From the IMG/VR virus record IMGVR_UViG_3300032330_000317, positions 1-57,993 of that record: a DNA stretch of 57,993 bases. One strand, 5' to 3'. Each line of letters opens with the position of its first letter. Position 1 is the first letter of the stretch. Below the pieces are notes generated by a model, which was not told where the DNA came from, ran no database searches, and saw nothing but the letters and a program-made list of their open reading frames with translations. Made by a program: the position numbers and the translations under genes. The stretch is from a virus (Duplodnaviria > Caudoviricetes). Shown piece by piece: positions 34,994 through 43,106 of this stretch.

Positions 34994-35010
34994 ATGAGAA
35001 TGATTCTCAT
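34994..35010. promoter_or_regulatory. Fur-box-like palindrome
   Basis: ATGAGAAT-G-ATTCTCAT is a perfect 8-1-8 palindrome resembling the Fur 7-1-7 core. Confidence 0.6.
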
Positions 35011-35551
35011 CTAGATAGTCTGCCTAGCACTAGCGTGTACACATCTATTTTTGTTCAATATACTGCACATTTAACAGTCGAGATTGTGCAGCATTGTGCA
35101 TGTTAATCTGTCCCTAATTAATTTTATTGCTGTGTGTGCGTCTGTGTAAACCAGCCTTGGTTAACAGAGCTATTTTTCCTGATTTTTGTACGAGGCCATA
35201 TACAGCTTGCGCCATACCCCCGGGTGGCCCACGCCCCGCCCCACGCTTGGCTGCGCTGGGGTGCAAGTGCAATGCATGCGTCATGATGTGCGAGGTGATT
35301 CAAGGATCAAGAATGCATTCAACTCAAGATAAAATATCTTCAATGAATTCAATGACTTAGAAGATCTTGAATACTGATTCAAAATCGGTTTTCACTGTCA
35401 AAAAACGCTAAAAAGCCCATGCTTTTTTTGCATAACCCCACTGAATGAAGGGTCGGTATATCCATCACCGCCATTGATACCCTAGCAAAGCTAAGCCATC
35501 CTGCCTAAAATTTAAGCAAATCAACATAAAAACAACACCAAATCAATGAAG

Positions 35552-35618
35552 TTATCCACAACCCAAAATAGCCTTATCCACATCGTCAAAACCTGAGCCA
35601 ATAACAACTTGTGGATAA
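35552..35618. promoter_or_regulatory. Cluster of three perfect DnaA boxes
   Basis: TTATCCACA at 35552 and 35574; TGTGGATAA at 35610. Confidence 0.8.
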
Positions 35619-35722
35619 GTCCCATTATGCTTTCTATATTTATATTCACAAAAGATATGACAGCTTTGCTGGCATCTTCTTTTGTTTAAATATAGAAAGA
35701 TCTGCGTATGTATGCGTAAACC

Positions 35723-35809
35723 CATGTCTTTCATTTAACAGAAAAAGTATCCCTTTCATCAGTATGAGAAAGGGAAATACTTTTTCTCTTAAGTTAAATG
35801 AAAGACATG
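35723..35809. repeat. Long imperfect inverted repeat (87-nt hairpin)
   Basis: CATGTCTTTCATTTAAC/GTTAAATGAAAGACATG encloses AGAAAAAGTAT/ATACTTTTTCT and CCCTTTC/GAAAGGG. Confidence 0.85.
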
Positions 35810-35820
35810 AAGGAACAAAA

Positions 35821-36066
35821 ATGACGACAATCGACACTCTCTGCCTCACCACTATAGTGCTTAGCACTACTGGTTTAATCGTCCTTTGGGAAGAGCAAAT
35901 CAAGCTTGCATTGTGTAAAGCGTTTGGTTACAAAGTAACTGGGGTCGGCTTCAAGAAATCCCACTACACTCTCAGCAAAGCTGAAGCATTGCAATGGATG
36001 GGTTGTTATGACGAAGCGTTGTTGTTCAAGGGTAAAACCCTTGTTGGTGGTAAGAAAACCATTTGA
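35821..36066 (+). CDS. Hypothetical early protein with an N-terminal hydrophobic segment
   Basis: ATG at 35821 after AAGGA; upstream extension of the ORF is non-coding-like. Confidence 0.55.
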   Translation: MTTIDTLCLTTIVLSTTGLIVLWEEQIKLALCKAFGYKVTGVGFKKSHYTLSKAEALQWMGCYDEALLFKGKTLVGGKKTI

Positions 36067-36095
36067 TTGACAGGGTTATCCGTCATCGTTACAAT
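36067..36095 (+). promoter_or_regulatory. Sigma70-type early promoter
   Basis: TTGACA-N17-TACAAT. Confidence 0.85.
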
Positions 36096-36143
36096 TGAAA
36101 GCTCAACGGCAATGTTGCCACAAACTTCCTGAAAGGAAACACC

Positions 36144-36833
36144 ATGAAATTGTTGTCCGTCTCCACTGATGCCAAAACCACCAAAGGTGAAAGCCTTGGT
36201 TTTCTGACAGGTATTTTATACCTTGCTCCAGCCACTACCACCAAGTGGAACACTTGTTCCATGGCAAAGATTGCCGAATGTGACAAGGCTTGCCTTTACA
36301 CTGCAGGTCGTGGAGCTTTCAGCTCGGTTCAGCAAGCTAGGATTCGTAAAACCGAATGGCTCTTCGAGAATACTTACACTTTCATGCTTCAGCTTGCTGA
36401 AGACATTACAAAACTTGTCGCTAAGGCTAAAAAGCTAGGTCTAACTCCGTTAGTTCGTTTGAATGGTACTTCTGACATTCGTTGGGAAAACATTGGCGTT
36501 GGAGATGTTAAGAACATCTTTGCGATGTTTCCCGAAGTACAGTTTTACGACTATACCAAAGATGTAAATCGTAAAGATTTACCTGCCAATTATGATTTAA
36601 CTTTCAGTTATTCCGGTGTGGAGGGTTTTCAACCCTATGTCGAAAAAGCTTTGCTTAACAACATGAGAATGGCGGTTGTTTTCCGTAAGGAAAAAGACAT
36701 TCCCCAAAGCTTCATGGGAATTCCTGTTGTCTCTGGAGACAACTCTGATGTTCGTCACCTCGATGACAAAGTCATTGTCGGACTGTATGCCAAAGGTAAA
36801 GCGAAGCTTGATACCACTGGTTTCGTTGTGTAA
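36144..36833 (+). CDS. Gp88-like, radical-SAM-related Cys-cluster protein
   Basis: NTC-x7-CDKACLYTAGRG, VRLNGTSD and QFYDYTK motifs. Confidence 0.65.
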   Translation: MKLLSVSTDAKTTKGESLGFLTGILYLAPATTTKWNTCSMAKIAECDKACLYTAGRGAFSSVQQARIRKTEWLFENTYTFMLQLAEDITKLVAKAKKLGLTPLVRLNGTSDIRWENIGVGDVKNIFAMFPEVQFYDYTKDVNRKDLPANYDLTFSYSGVEGFQPYVEKALLNNMRMAVVFRKEKDIPQSFMGIPVVSGDNSDVRHLDDKVIVGLYAKGKAKLDTTGFVV

Positions 36834-36912
36834 GCAAAGCTTACGATAGCCTTGCCTAAAGCCTTAGGGCTTTGGAGAATGTTATCTAGCGTTCTATCTA
36901 GGGATTTTGCCC

Positions 36913-36953
36913 CGCTGTGAAGCGAAGCTTATCTCGACTTGCTCTTTAAAAAT
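36913..36953 (+). promoter_or_regulatory. boxB/boxA-like antitermination site
   Basis: CGCT-GTGA-AGCG GNRA hairpin followed by TGCTCTTTAAAAAT (rrn boxA consensus TGCTCTTTAACA). Confidence 0.7.
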
Positions 36954-36957
36954 CTAT

Positions 36958-37092
36958 ACTGATGTCGGGTTGTGGTGACAGTGCAACCTATGGATCAGCC
37001 CAGTCTGTACAGGGTGAATGTGCAGGACATGCTTACATATCATGTTGATAATATGTGTGAGAGACAATTTCCATTGTGGCACTGGGGTCGGT
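36958..37092 (+). ncRNA. Candidate structured ncRNA with a four-way junction
   Basis: ORF-free. The closing stem CCCAGT/ACTGGG encloses three hairpins, and there is an upstream hairpin domain. Confidence 0.5.
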
Positions 37093-37173
37093 GCTAGACA
37101 GTGGGTTTCTGTTAGGGCTAAAGCTTAGCTTTAACAGAAGCAATGTCGCTTCTCTTTTCCTAAAGGAAACATC

Positions 37174-37389
37174 ATGGTATTAACAACACCAAAGCAAATC
37201 GAAGCCTATCGTTTGAGAGTGTTAAGACAAGGGTTGTTAGCTGAGATATACGGCATGAGACTGACAGCTAAAGGCAAGACTTGCTATGCAATCTTGAAGG
37301 GCATGGGCTATAAAGGCACTAAGCAACAGGTGCTAAATCAACTCACTATTGATAGTGAAGATGCAATGGCAGAGGCAGCAAATTCCTGA
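37174..37389 (+). CDS. Hypothetical early protein
   Basis: 71 aa with the shared RBS motif. Confidence 0.7.
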   Translation: MVLTTPKQIEAYRLRVLRQGLLAEIYGMRLTAKGKTCYAILKGMGYKGTKQQVLNQLTIDSEDAMAEAANS

Positions 37390-37400
37390 AAGGAAACACA

Positions 37401-37808
37401 ATGAGAGTGTTCGTATATTTCAACCTTCACAAGAAATGCTTCAGCATTAAAGCCTTGGAAGGTGCAATGAAAGGCAAGGTGATTGCCCATCGTGACACCG
37501 TCATCCTCACTAGTTGTAAGCTACTTGTCTCTGAGGCAGGGCGACAGCGAGTGCTTCGAGAGAAGCGTAAGAATGTTCATGCTGGTGTTAGTGGCACTTG
37601 GATTGAGAACGGACATGAAGATAAAGACTTCGAGCAAATGTCTATGTTCTGGGATGCTGTCACTTACAACCCTTACAAGTATTCAAGCTTTGTTCTCAAA
37701 GCTTCGGAGAAACCTGTAGGCTTAGCTCAGGTAGTGGCAATGAAAGCTGTGCCTAATGCTGATGGCGTTAAGCGTGGTGTTATTTATAAAAAGGATTGGT
37801 ATGTTTAA
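37401..37808 (+). CDS. Conserved hypothetical phage protein
   Basis: VYFNLHK..FSI, VSEAGRQRVLREKRKNVHA and YNPYK motifs. Confidence 0.75.
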   Translation: MRVFVYFNLHKKCFSIKALEGAMKGKVIAHRDTVILTSCKLLVSEAGRQRVLREKRKNVHAGVSGTWIENGHEDKDFEQMSMFWDAVTYNPYKYSSFVLKASEKPVGLAQVVAMKAVPNADGVKRGVIYKKDWYV

Positions 37809-37995
37809 AGTGTTTGAGAAATTTGGATACGAAGTATGGGCTAGTTGGGACAAAGATGCCGAGGTGTATGAGCTGTTCAATGACAGCGAAGGCAGTACAT
37901 ACATTGGCTGTGCTGACACAATGCCTGAGGCTGTCGCTGTAGCGAAGCTATTCATTGATGAACAACAAGCGGAGGCTAAATGGAACGAGTCATGA
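37801..37995 (+). CDS. Small acidic hypothetical protein
   Basis: ATG at 37801 after AAGGA; coupled ORF. Confidence 0.6.
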   Translation: MFKVFEKFGYEVWASWDKDAEVYELFNDSEGSTYIGCADTMPEAVAVAKLFIDEQQAEAKWNES

Positions 37996-38138
37996 AAGCT
38001 AAATATAAAGGCATCTGTTGCAAGACTGGTGCAGTTATTAATGTCGGTGACATTATTGTTTACGACAGTGTGAGTCGCAAGGCTTGGCTCACTGTTGACG
38101 AAGATCGTATGTTTGTTAATGTTGTAATGTGTAAGTAA
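37992..38138 (+). CDS. Hypothetical protein (48 aa, not in ORF track)
   Basis: Read by hand as MKAKYKGICCKTGAVINVGDIIVYD...; ATGA-coupled. Confidence 0.55.
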   Translation: MKAKYKGICCKTGAVINVGDIIVYDSVSRKAWLTVDEDRMFVNVVMCK

Positions 38139-38157
38139 TTTCCTGAAAGGAACTATC

Positions 38158-38538
38158 ATGGGTTTGGATATGTATGCATTTGCTGTCAATGCTGACAGTG
38201 TGGGTGAGGGTGTCGTTGATGTGGCACTGGGTGATGACGCTAAGCAGATCAGCTACTGGCGTAAATTTAATGCACTTCATGGTTGGATGGAAGATCTGTA
38301 CCGCCTCAAGAAAGGTCTGCGTCACGACTTCAACTGCACCACTGTTCGTCTAACTCTTTCAGATCTAGACAGACTGGAGATGGATGTTGGTGCTAACAAG
38401 TTAGTGCCTCGCAATGGTTTCTTCTTTGGCTCTCAGGAAATATATCCTGAAGACTTAGAGAGCGTGGCTGACTTCGTCAAGGTGGCGAGGGAGGCAATTG
38501 CCGAAGGCAAGGCAGTGTTCTACGATTCATGGTGGTGA
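38158..38538 (+). CDS. Conserved hypothetical phage protein (MGLDMY...YWRK family)
   Basis: MGLDMY, YWRKFNALHGWM, GFFFG and YDSWW motifs. Confidence 0.75.
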   Translation: MGLDMYAFAVNADSVGEGVVDVALGDDAKQISYWRKFNALHGWMEDLYRLKKGLRHDFNCTTVRLTLSDLDRLEMDVGANKLVPRNGFFFGSQEIYPEDLESVADFVKVAREAIAEGKAVFYDSWW

Positions 38539-38539
38539 T

Positions 38540-38737
38540 ATGCGATACAGATACAAATACATTGTGTGCTATCCCAATAGCACTAGCCCTGTTGCTTCTT
38601 TCAAGACATTGAAAGCAGCGAGAGCACACTCAGACAAGATCGTTGATGATCAATTGTTTGAGCACCAATTCTTTGGTGACAAGGTTTACCTTCCACTCAT
38701 TAAGCGACAACTCATCCTGAAAGGAAACACACAATGA
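38540..38737 (+). CDS. Hypothetical protein
   Basis: 65 aa coupled ORF. Confidence 0.55.
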   Translation: MRYRYKYIVCYPNSTSPVASFKTLKAARAHSDKIVDDQLFEHQFFGDKVYLPLIKRQLILKGNTQ

Positions 38738-39249
38738 ACAAAGTAAGAATGCGTAGTGACTTGGCAGAGGAAGGGTACTCTGTTCCTGCAGGTAAAAGCT
38801 TTTACAAGTACGACAACTTAGTTGATGTTGTATTCCTATCGGCTGATGACTTGGAGGATGCAATACAAGGGAATGACCCCGCTGATGGTGACGATCATCC
38901 GTTCTGTTATGTGAAGCTTCGTAATGGCGAGTGCTATTACATGATCAGTGCTGACCTCGACTTCCCTGTGAAGATGAAGGTGAGTGAGAGGTTTGCACTG
39001 GAACAGTGGTTGTCTGATTACCCTGACACCATGTCCTATGACTCTATTCTTCAGGTGATAGGGCTTGATACTTTTCATTCAGGTGATAACGGCATCATCC
39101 TGTGGGAGATGATTGAGAACTATCCCAATGATGACATCATTGAAATCATTGAGAACACTCGCTCCTCTTTCGAGGATAGTGCCAATGATCTAGTGTATGG
39201 TGTGGCACTTCATGATGTTATGGAAGGAGCGTGTGACGATTATGAATAA
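38734..39249 (+). CDS. Highly acidic early protein
   Basis: 171 aa, strongly D/E-rich, with the shared RBS motif. Confidence 0.7.
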   Translation: MNKVRMRSDLAEEGYSVPAGKSFYKYDNLVDVVFLSADDLEDAIQGNDPADGDDHPFCYVKLRNGECYYMISADLDFPVKMKVSERFALEQWLSDYPDTMSYDSILQVIGLDTFHSGDNGIILWEMIENYPNDDIIEIIENTRSSFEDSANDLVYGVALHDVMEGACDDYE

Positions 39250-39694
39250 TGTTATTAAGACAACCGAAGGTTACATGGTAGAGAAAGCCAATGGTGACTA
39301 TGCCTGTGATGCTCAGGGCAACAACACATGGGACACATTCAATGAGGCGAGAGATGTTCTCTTCACCTTGGATGTAAGCAAGCAGGAAGAGACAGCTCAT
39401 ACCTTTGGTATGCACTATGCTTATGTTCACCCTAGCTATGCTAGAAACTGGGAGCGTAAGGAAATTGCAACCACCTTCTACACTCCCAAGTCTAAGGTTT
39501 GGTATGCATTCATCCGAGGCATGGAAAGGAATGAAGGATTTCCTGTCATTTCCAAGGGTGCTAAGGCTGACATTCGAGGTGTGCTGAAGCGACTGGCTGA
39601 GTCGGCTGACAAGTACATTGAGGATGGCAAGTGGATTGATGCACTGTCTAAAGACATTGCCGATGCTAAATATATTTTGGATAACAACCTATGA
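39242..39694 (+). CDS. Hypothetical protein
   Basis: ATG at 39242 after GGAG; 150 aa. Confidence 0.6.
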   Translation: MNNVIKTTEGYMVEKANGDYACDAQGNNTWDTFNEARDVLFTLDVSKQEETAHTFGMHYAYVHPSYARNWERKEIATTFYTPKSKVWYAFIRGMERNEGFPVISKGAKADIRGVLKRLAESADKYIEDGKWIDALSKDIADAKYILDNNL

Positions 39695-39990
39695 TTAAGA
39701 AAAGCAAAGTGTTCACCATCATTATGTATACCGATGCAGGACATGGATGGGCTAAGGTGAAGCGTAAAGTGTTAGAGAACTTGAGCATTGCCCCTGATGT
39801 CAGTAACTACAGTTACCAGTACAAGGACAATGTCTATCTCGAAGAAGACTGTGACCTGTCGCTGTTGATACAGCGATTACATGATGATGGTGTGTCAATC
39901 CGATGGGTGACTAAGCACACTGATGGTGACAGCAAAATTAGATCTTATGAAAGGTATGCATATGTACAAGATACAAACCAGACTGCGTGA
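39691..39990 (+). CDS. Conserved hypothetical phage protein
   Basis: TDAGHGWAKV...VYLEEDCD motif. Confidence 0.7.
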   Translation: MIKKSKVFTIIMYTDAGHGWAKVKRKVLENLSIAPDVSNYSYQYKDNVYLEEDCDLSLLIQRLHDDGVSIRWVTKHTDGDSKIRSYERYAYVQDTNQTA

Positions 39991-40159
39991 CAAGTGGCAC
40001 TGCCTAGAGTTTGATGTGACAGACAAGGGTGACTTCAAGCCAAGGCGTTATGCCACATTGAACGATGCATCACTGGCACTGGAGCGTTACATCGATGGGT
40101 TGTTCTTTGCCAACAAAGAACAGGTAGACTTCGGAAACTTCCGTATTGTTAAGGACTGA
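39962..40159 (+). CDS. Hypothetical protein
   Basis: 65 aa overlapping ORF. Confidence 0.55.
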   Translation: MYKIQTRLRDKWHCLEFDVTDKGDFKPRRYATLNDASLALERYIDGLFFANKEQVDFGNFRIVKD

Positions 40160-40160
40160 A

Positions 40161-40328
40161 ATGAATACAAAGATATTGAAACATGTTCGCCAATTGTTCA
40201 ACACCGAAGGTGTAGACAAGCGAATCAACCGACATAACCAACGACAGTGGGTGCGTAGTGTTCGCTACCTCGGTGACAAATGGTTGTTAGCTAAACCAGT
40301 AACTCGAAAGGACTCAGCCAATGCGTAA
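40161..40328 (+). CDS. Small basic hypothetical protein
   Basis: 55 aa with an RHNQRQWVRSVRYLGDKWLLA motif; RBS AAGGA. Confidence 0.6.
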   Translation: MNTKILKHVRQLFNTEGVDKRINRHNQRQWVRSVRYLGDKWLLAKPVTRKDSANA

Positions 40329-40627
40329 GGAAACACCACCGCCTAAGCGTGAAGAGCCACCAGTGTGGCCTTTCCCTACCTATCCCCTGCCTGACAGCGT
40401 ACCACCGGAGCCTAGACATGAGTGACAAACAACTGTATACTTGGCTTCTTGTATGTACCATTGTGGCACTGGTGGCTGTATGGATGTGATGATGAAGTAT
40501 CAGCTAGGCTTTGTACATGGACAGCGTGGCCTACCTATGCAGCTCAAGTGGATAGACGAACACTATGTTCGAGGCTACCTTAAAGGTACACACAGCAAAC
40601 AGCAACACCTACAGCAGGAGGAAAAAG

Positions 40628-40846
40628 ATGTTATCAGAAGTGGACATTCGGGACTTCGACAAACAGCCAGTGACACCATTGTACTCAGTGAAACCCAAGA
40701 GCTACATACAGATGCCTAACACTGGTGCTGTCTTCTACTTCGATCATCTCGATGGCATGTATAGCTACTGCCTAGATATGTTCGGAGATCCTATTCAGTT
40801 AGTCGCTTGGATAGATGTAATACCTCTGGCTAAAAAGCCTGAGTAA
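40628..40846 (+). CDS. Hypothetical protein
   Basis: 72 aa after AGGAGG; FDHLDGMYSYC motif. Confidence 0.6.
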   Translation: MLSEVDIRDFDKQPVTPLYSVKPKSYIQMPNTGAVFYFDHLDGMYSYCLDMFGDPIQLVAWIDVIPLAKKPE

Positions 40847-40872
40847 ACTGTAGGGGTAAGTCGATAGACATA

Positions 40873-40902
40873 TTGCACTGCCCCTAATTTTGTGGTTATA
40901 AT
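40873..40902 (+). promoter_or_regulatory. Sigma70-type promoter
   Basis: TTGCAC-N18-TATAAT in the intergenic gap. Confidence 0.65.
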
Positions 40903-40948
40903 AGTTCATCAGTTGCTGACACTCATTCACTTTTCTTAAGGAAACATC

Positions 40949-41791
40949 ATGGCTAAACATGTCATCTTCTCTCGCAATGCAAACAACTCTGCTCTCACAA
41001 CAGAACGCATTCAACAACTTGCACCTGCTGCTTTCAGCACAACCAAGTCTGACAAACTCACTGATCGTTATGTGTCATTAAACACAAGCGACATCATCCC
41101 TGTGATGCAAGATTATGGATATGCTCCAGTGCAAGCGGCTCAGAAGCGTAGCCGTAGCCTCAACCCTGCTCACTCTGCCCACATGTTAGCCTTCGCCAAG
41201 ACATGGGACATTGACTTTGGCACTGGTGACATTCGCCCTGAAATTATTTTGTACAACTCTCACGATGGTTCAGGTTCTGTGAAGTTGTTTGCAGGTTGCT
41301 TCCGTTTCATCTGCTCTAACGGCATCGTTGCAGGTGATGGATTCCAGTCTCGCATCTACCACAGCAAGGCACTCAACGGCTTTGAGGAAATGCTCCGCAA
41401 CACTGTGGCTACATTACCCACCATGATGGAGCGTCTTGAGAGACTGCGTACTGTGACACTCGATCCACACCAGTCTGTGATGATGGCTAAGCGTGGTGTT
41501 GAGACTCGTTGGGACATGCTTGAACAGCAGACCAATGGTGTGTATGCCACACCTCAGACAGTTGCTGATGTGTTGCATGTCTCTCGTTACGAAGACAACT
41601 ACATGGATGCATTCACTGTGTTCAATCGTATTCAGGAAGGTGTCATTCGAGGCAATGCATTTGTTAAGAGTCTGTCTGACAAGCACCCCAATGGTGTGAC
41701 TCGTAAGGCTCGTCCTGTTAACAGCGTGAAAGAAAACATCCGCATCAACAGCGAACTGTGGAACATTGCCGAAGACATTGCCTTCGCTTAA
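40949..41791 (+). CDS. DUF932 family protein
   Basis: ILYNSHDGSGS...GCFRFICSNG...FNRIQE signature. Confidence 0.85.
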   Translation: MAKHVIFSRNANNSALTTERIQQLAPAAFSTTKSDKLTDRYVSLNTSDIIPVMQDYGYAPVQAAQKRSRSLNPAHSAHMLAFAKTWDIDFGTGDIRPEIILYNSHDGSGSVKLFAGCFRFICSNGIVAGDGFQSRIYHSKALNGFEEMLRNTVATLPTMMERLERLRTVTLDPHQSVMMAKRGVETRWDMLEQQTNGVYATPQTVADVLHVSRYEDNYMDAFTVFNRIQEGVIRGNAFVKSLSDKHPNGVTRKARPVNSVKENIRINSELWNIAEDIAFA

Positions 41792-41883
41792 TAAATAACG
41801 GGGGGAATGCGGTGTCGGACTCGGGGGGTTCTCCGTGATGATCAACCGTAGCCGTTAGTACCCCCACCTATACAAGGAAATAC

Positions 41884-42723
41884 ATGCATCAAGATAAAGC
41901 AATTGGTATGTTCATGGGTCTGTTCATTGGTGATGCACTAGGTGCTCCCCTTGAATTTGTTAGACCACATGAGATGACGAAGACATTGACAGAGATGGAG
42001 GGTGGTGGTGTACACAACACTGCCGAGGGTGAGTGGACAGACGATGGTGCTATGGCTGTTGCTATTGCCGATGCTTACATCACAAGCAAACGCTTCAACC
42101 CTGAGGCCATTGCCATGAACTTTAAGATGTGGAAAAAAACTGGCTTCTTTGGTACTCGTAATTATGTCTTTGACATAGGCCGTACTTGCAGTGAAGCCAT
42201 TGAACGCATCACACCAACACATCCCTATGCAGGTAGCTGTAGCTATAGCTCCAGTGGTAACGGATCTATCATGCGTATTGCACCCGTGGTGCTTGCCAAT
42301 CACAACAGTTTGCCTGACGCTGTGGCACAGAGTGTTGCTGTGTCATTGATGACACATGGTAACACTGACACCATCCACTACATCACTGCCTTTGTTGCTG
42401 AGCTTATGTCAGGTAAGAAGGATGATGCCTTCGACTACCTCCGTCATCAGCGTGACTACGATAGCAGAGGCACTATCAATCATGCTTACATCACAGCATG
42501 GGAATGTGTAGAAGAAACCTCAAGCTTTGAGAAAGCTTTGGTGATGGCTGTCAACAAGGGTTATGACGCTGACACTGTAGGTGCAGTGACAGGTATGTTG
42601 GCAGGTCGTAAGTATGGACTCAAGGGTATACCAACTCGTTGGTTAGAGAAGCTTGTCAAGCGTGATGAGCTTATTGATATGGCAGAAAAGCTCTATGCAC
42701 TGGGAGGTGAGGATGGCAATTGA
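41884..42723 (+). CDS. ADP-ribosylglycohydrolase (DraG/ARH family)
   Basis: GDALGAPLE, WTDDG, GNGSIMR, TH and GYDADTVGAVTG catalytic motifs. Confidence 0.92.
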   Translation: MHQDKAIGMFMGLFIGDALGAPLEFVRPHEMTKTLTEMEGGGVHNTAEGEWTDDGAMAVAIADAYITSKRFNPEAIAMNFKMWKKTGFFGTRNYVFDIGRTCSEAIERITPTHPYAGSCSYSSSGNGSIMRIAPVVLANHNSLPDAVAQSVAVSLMTHGNTDTIHYITAFVAELMSGKKDDAFDYLRHQRDYDSRGTINHAYITAWECVEETSSFEKALVMAVNKGYDADTVGAVTGMLAGRKYGLKGIPTRWLEKLVKRDELIDMAEKLYALGGEDGN

Positions 42724-42919
42724 CTGTAACAAGGATGGCACTGTAGCCGTAGACACTGAATACTTTTGGGAGGACATCGAGAGTTGTCCCCGCAGTAGGA
42801 AGGTACAACTGCTAAGCAAGTATGGCGTGGCTGTGTATGGTGAATACTACGGACACAATGAAGATAATTTCTGGACACACTGGGCAGCATTGCCCAAGAA
42901 AAGGAAACAAGATGAATAA
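42713..42919 (+). CDS. Hypothetical protein
   Basis: 68 aa ending in THWAALP (DUF551-like ending). Confidence 0.55.
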   Translation: MAIDCNKDGTVAVDTEYFWEDIESCPRSRKVQLLSKYGVAVYGEYYGHNEDNFWTHWAALPKKRKQDE

Positions 42920-43106
42920 CTTACCAGCTTTTCCTGCTATGCACTTTGACTTAGCAGACAACGAGCATGGATTAACTATGCGTGACTACTTCGCAGCTAA
43001 GGTTATGCAAGCTATGCTTGGTCATGGATGGGTTCTTAAGGAAGAAGAGATCCCTGCGAGGGCTTACAAGATGGCTGACAAGATGATGGAGGCGAGGGAA
43101 GTATGA
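42912..43106 (+). CDS. Conserved small phage protein
   Basis: PAFP...GLTMRDYFAAKVMQ...AYKMADKMM motif. Confidence 0.7.
   Translation: MNNLPAFPAMHFDLADNEHGLTMRDYFAAKVMQAMLGHGWVLKEEEIPARAYKMADKMMEAREV

Noticed and set aside
35061-35080. Possible LexA box (tactgcacatttaacagt)
   Set aside because: The CTG-to-CAG spacing is 9 nt rather than the required 10.
35127-35820. ORFs 35127-35360 and 35552-35734, and the 5' extension of 35611-36066
   Set aside because: They lack RBS, have atypical composition, and run across DnaA boxes and inverted repeats.
36958-37092. Hammerhead ribozyme or true tRNA
   Set aside because: CTGATG is not followed by A, there is no properly placed GAAA core, and there is no T-loop TTCRA or CCA end.
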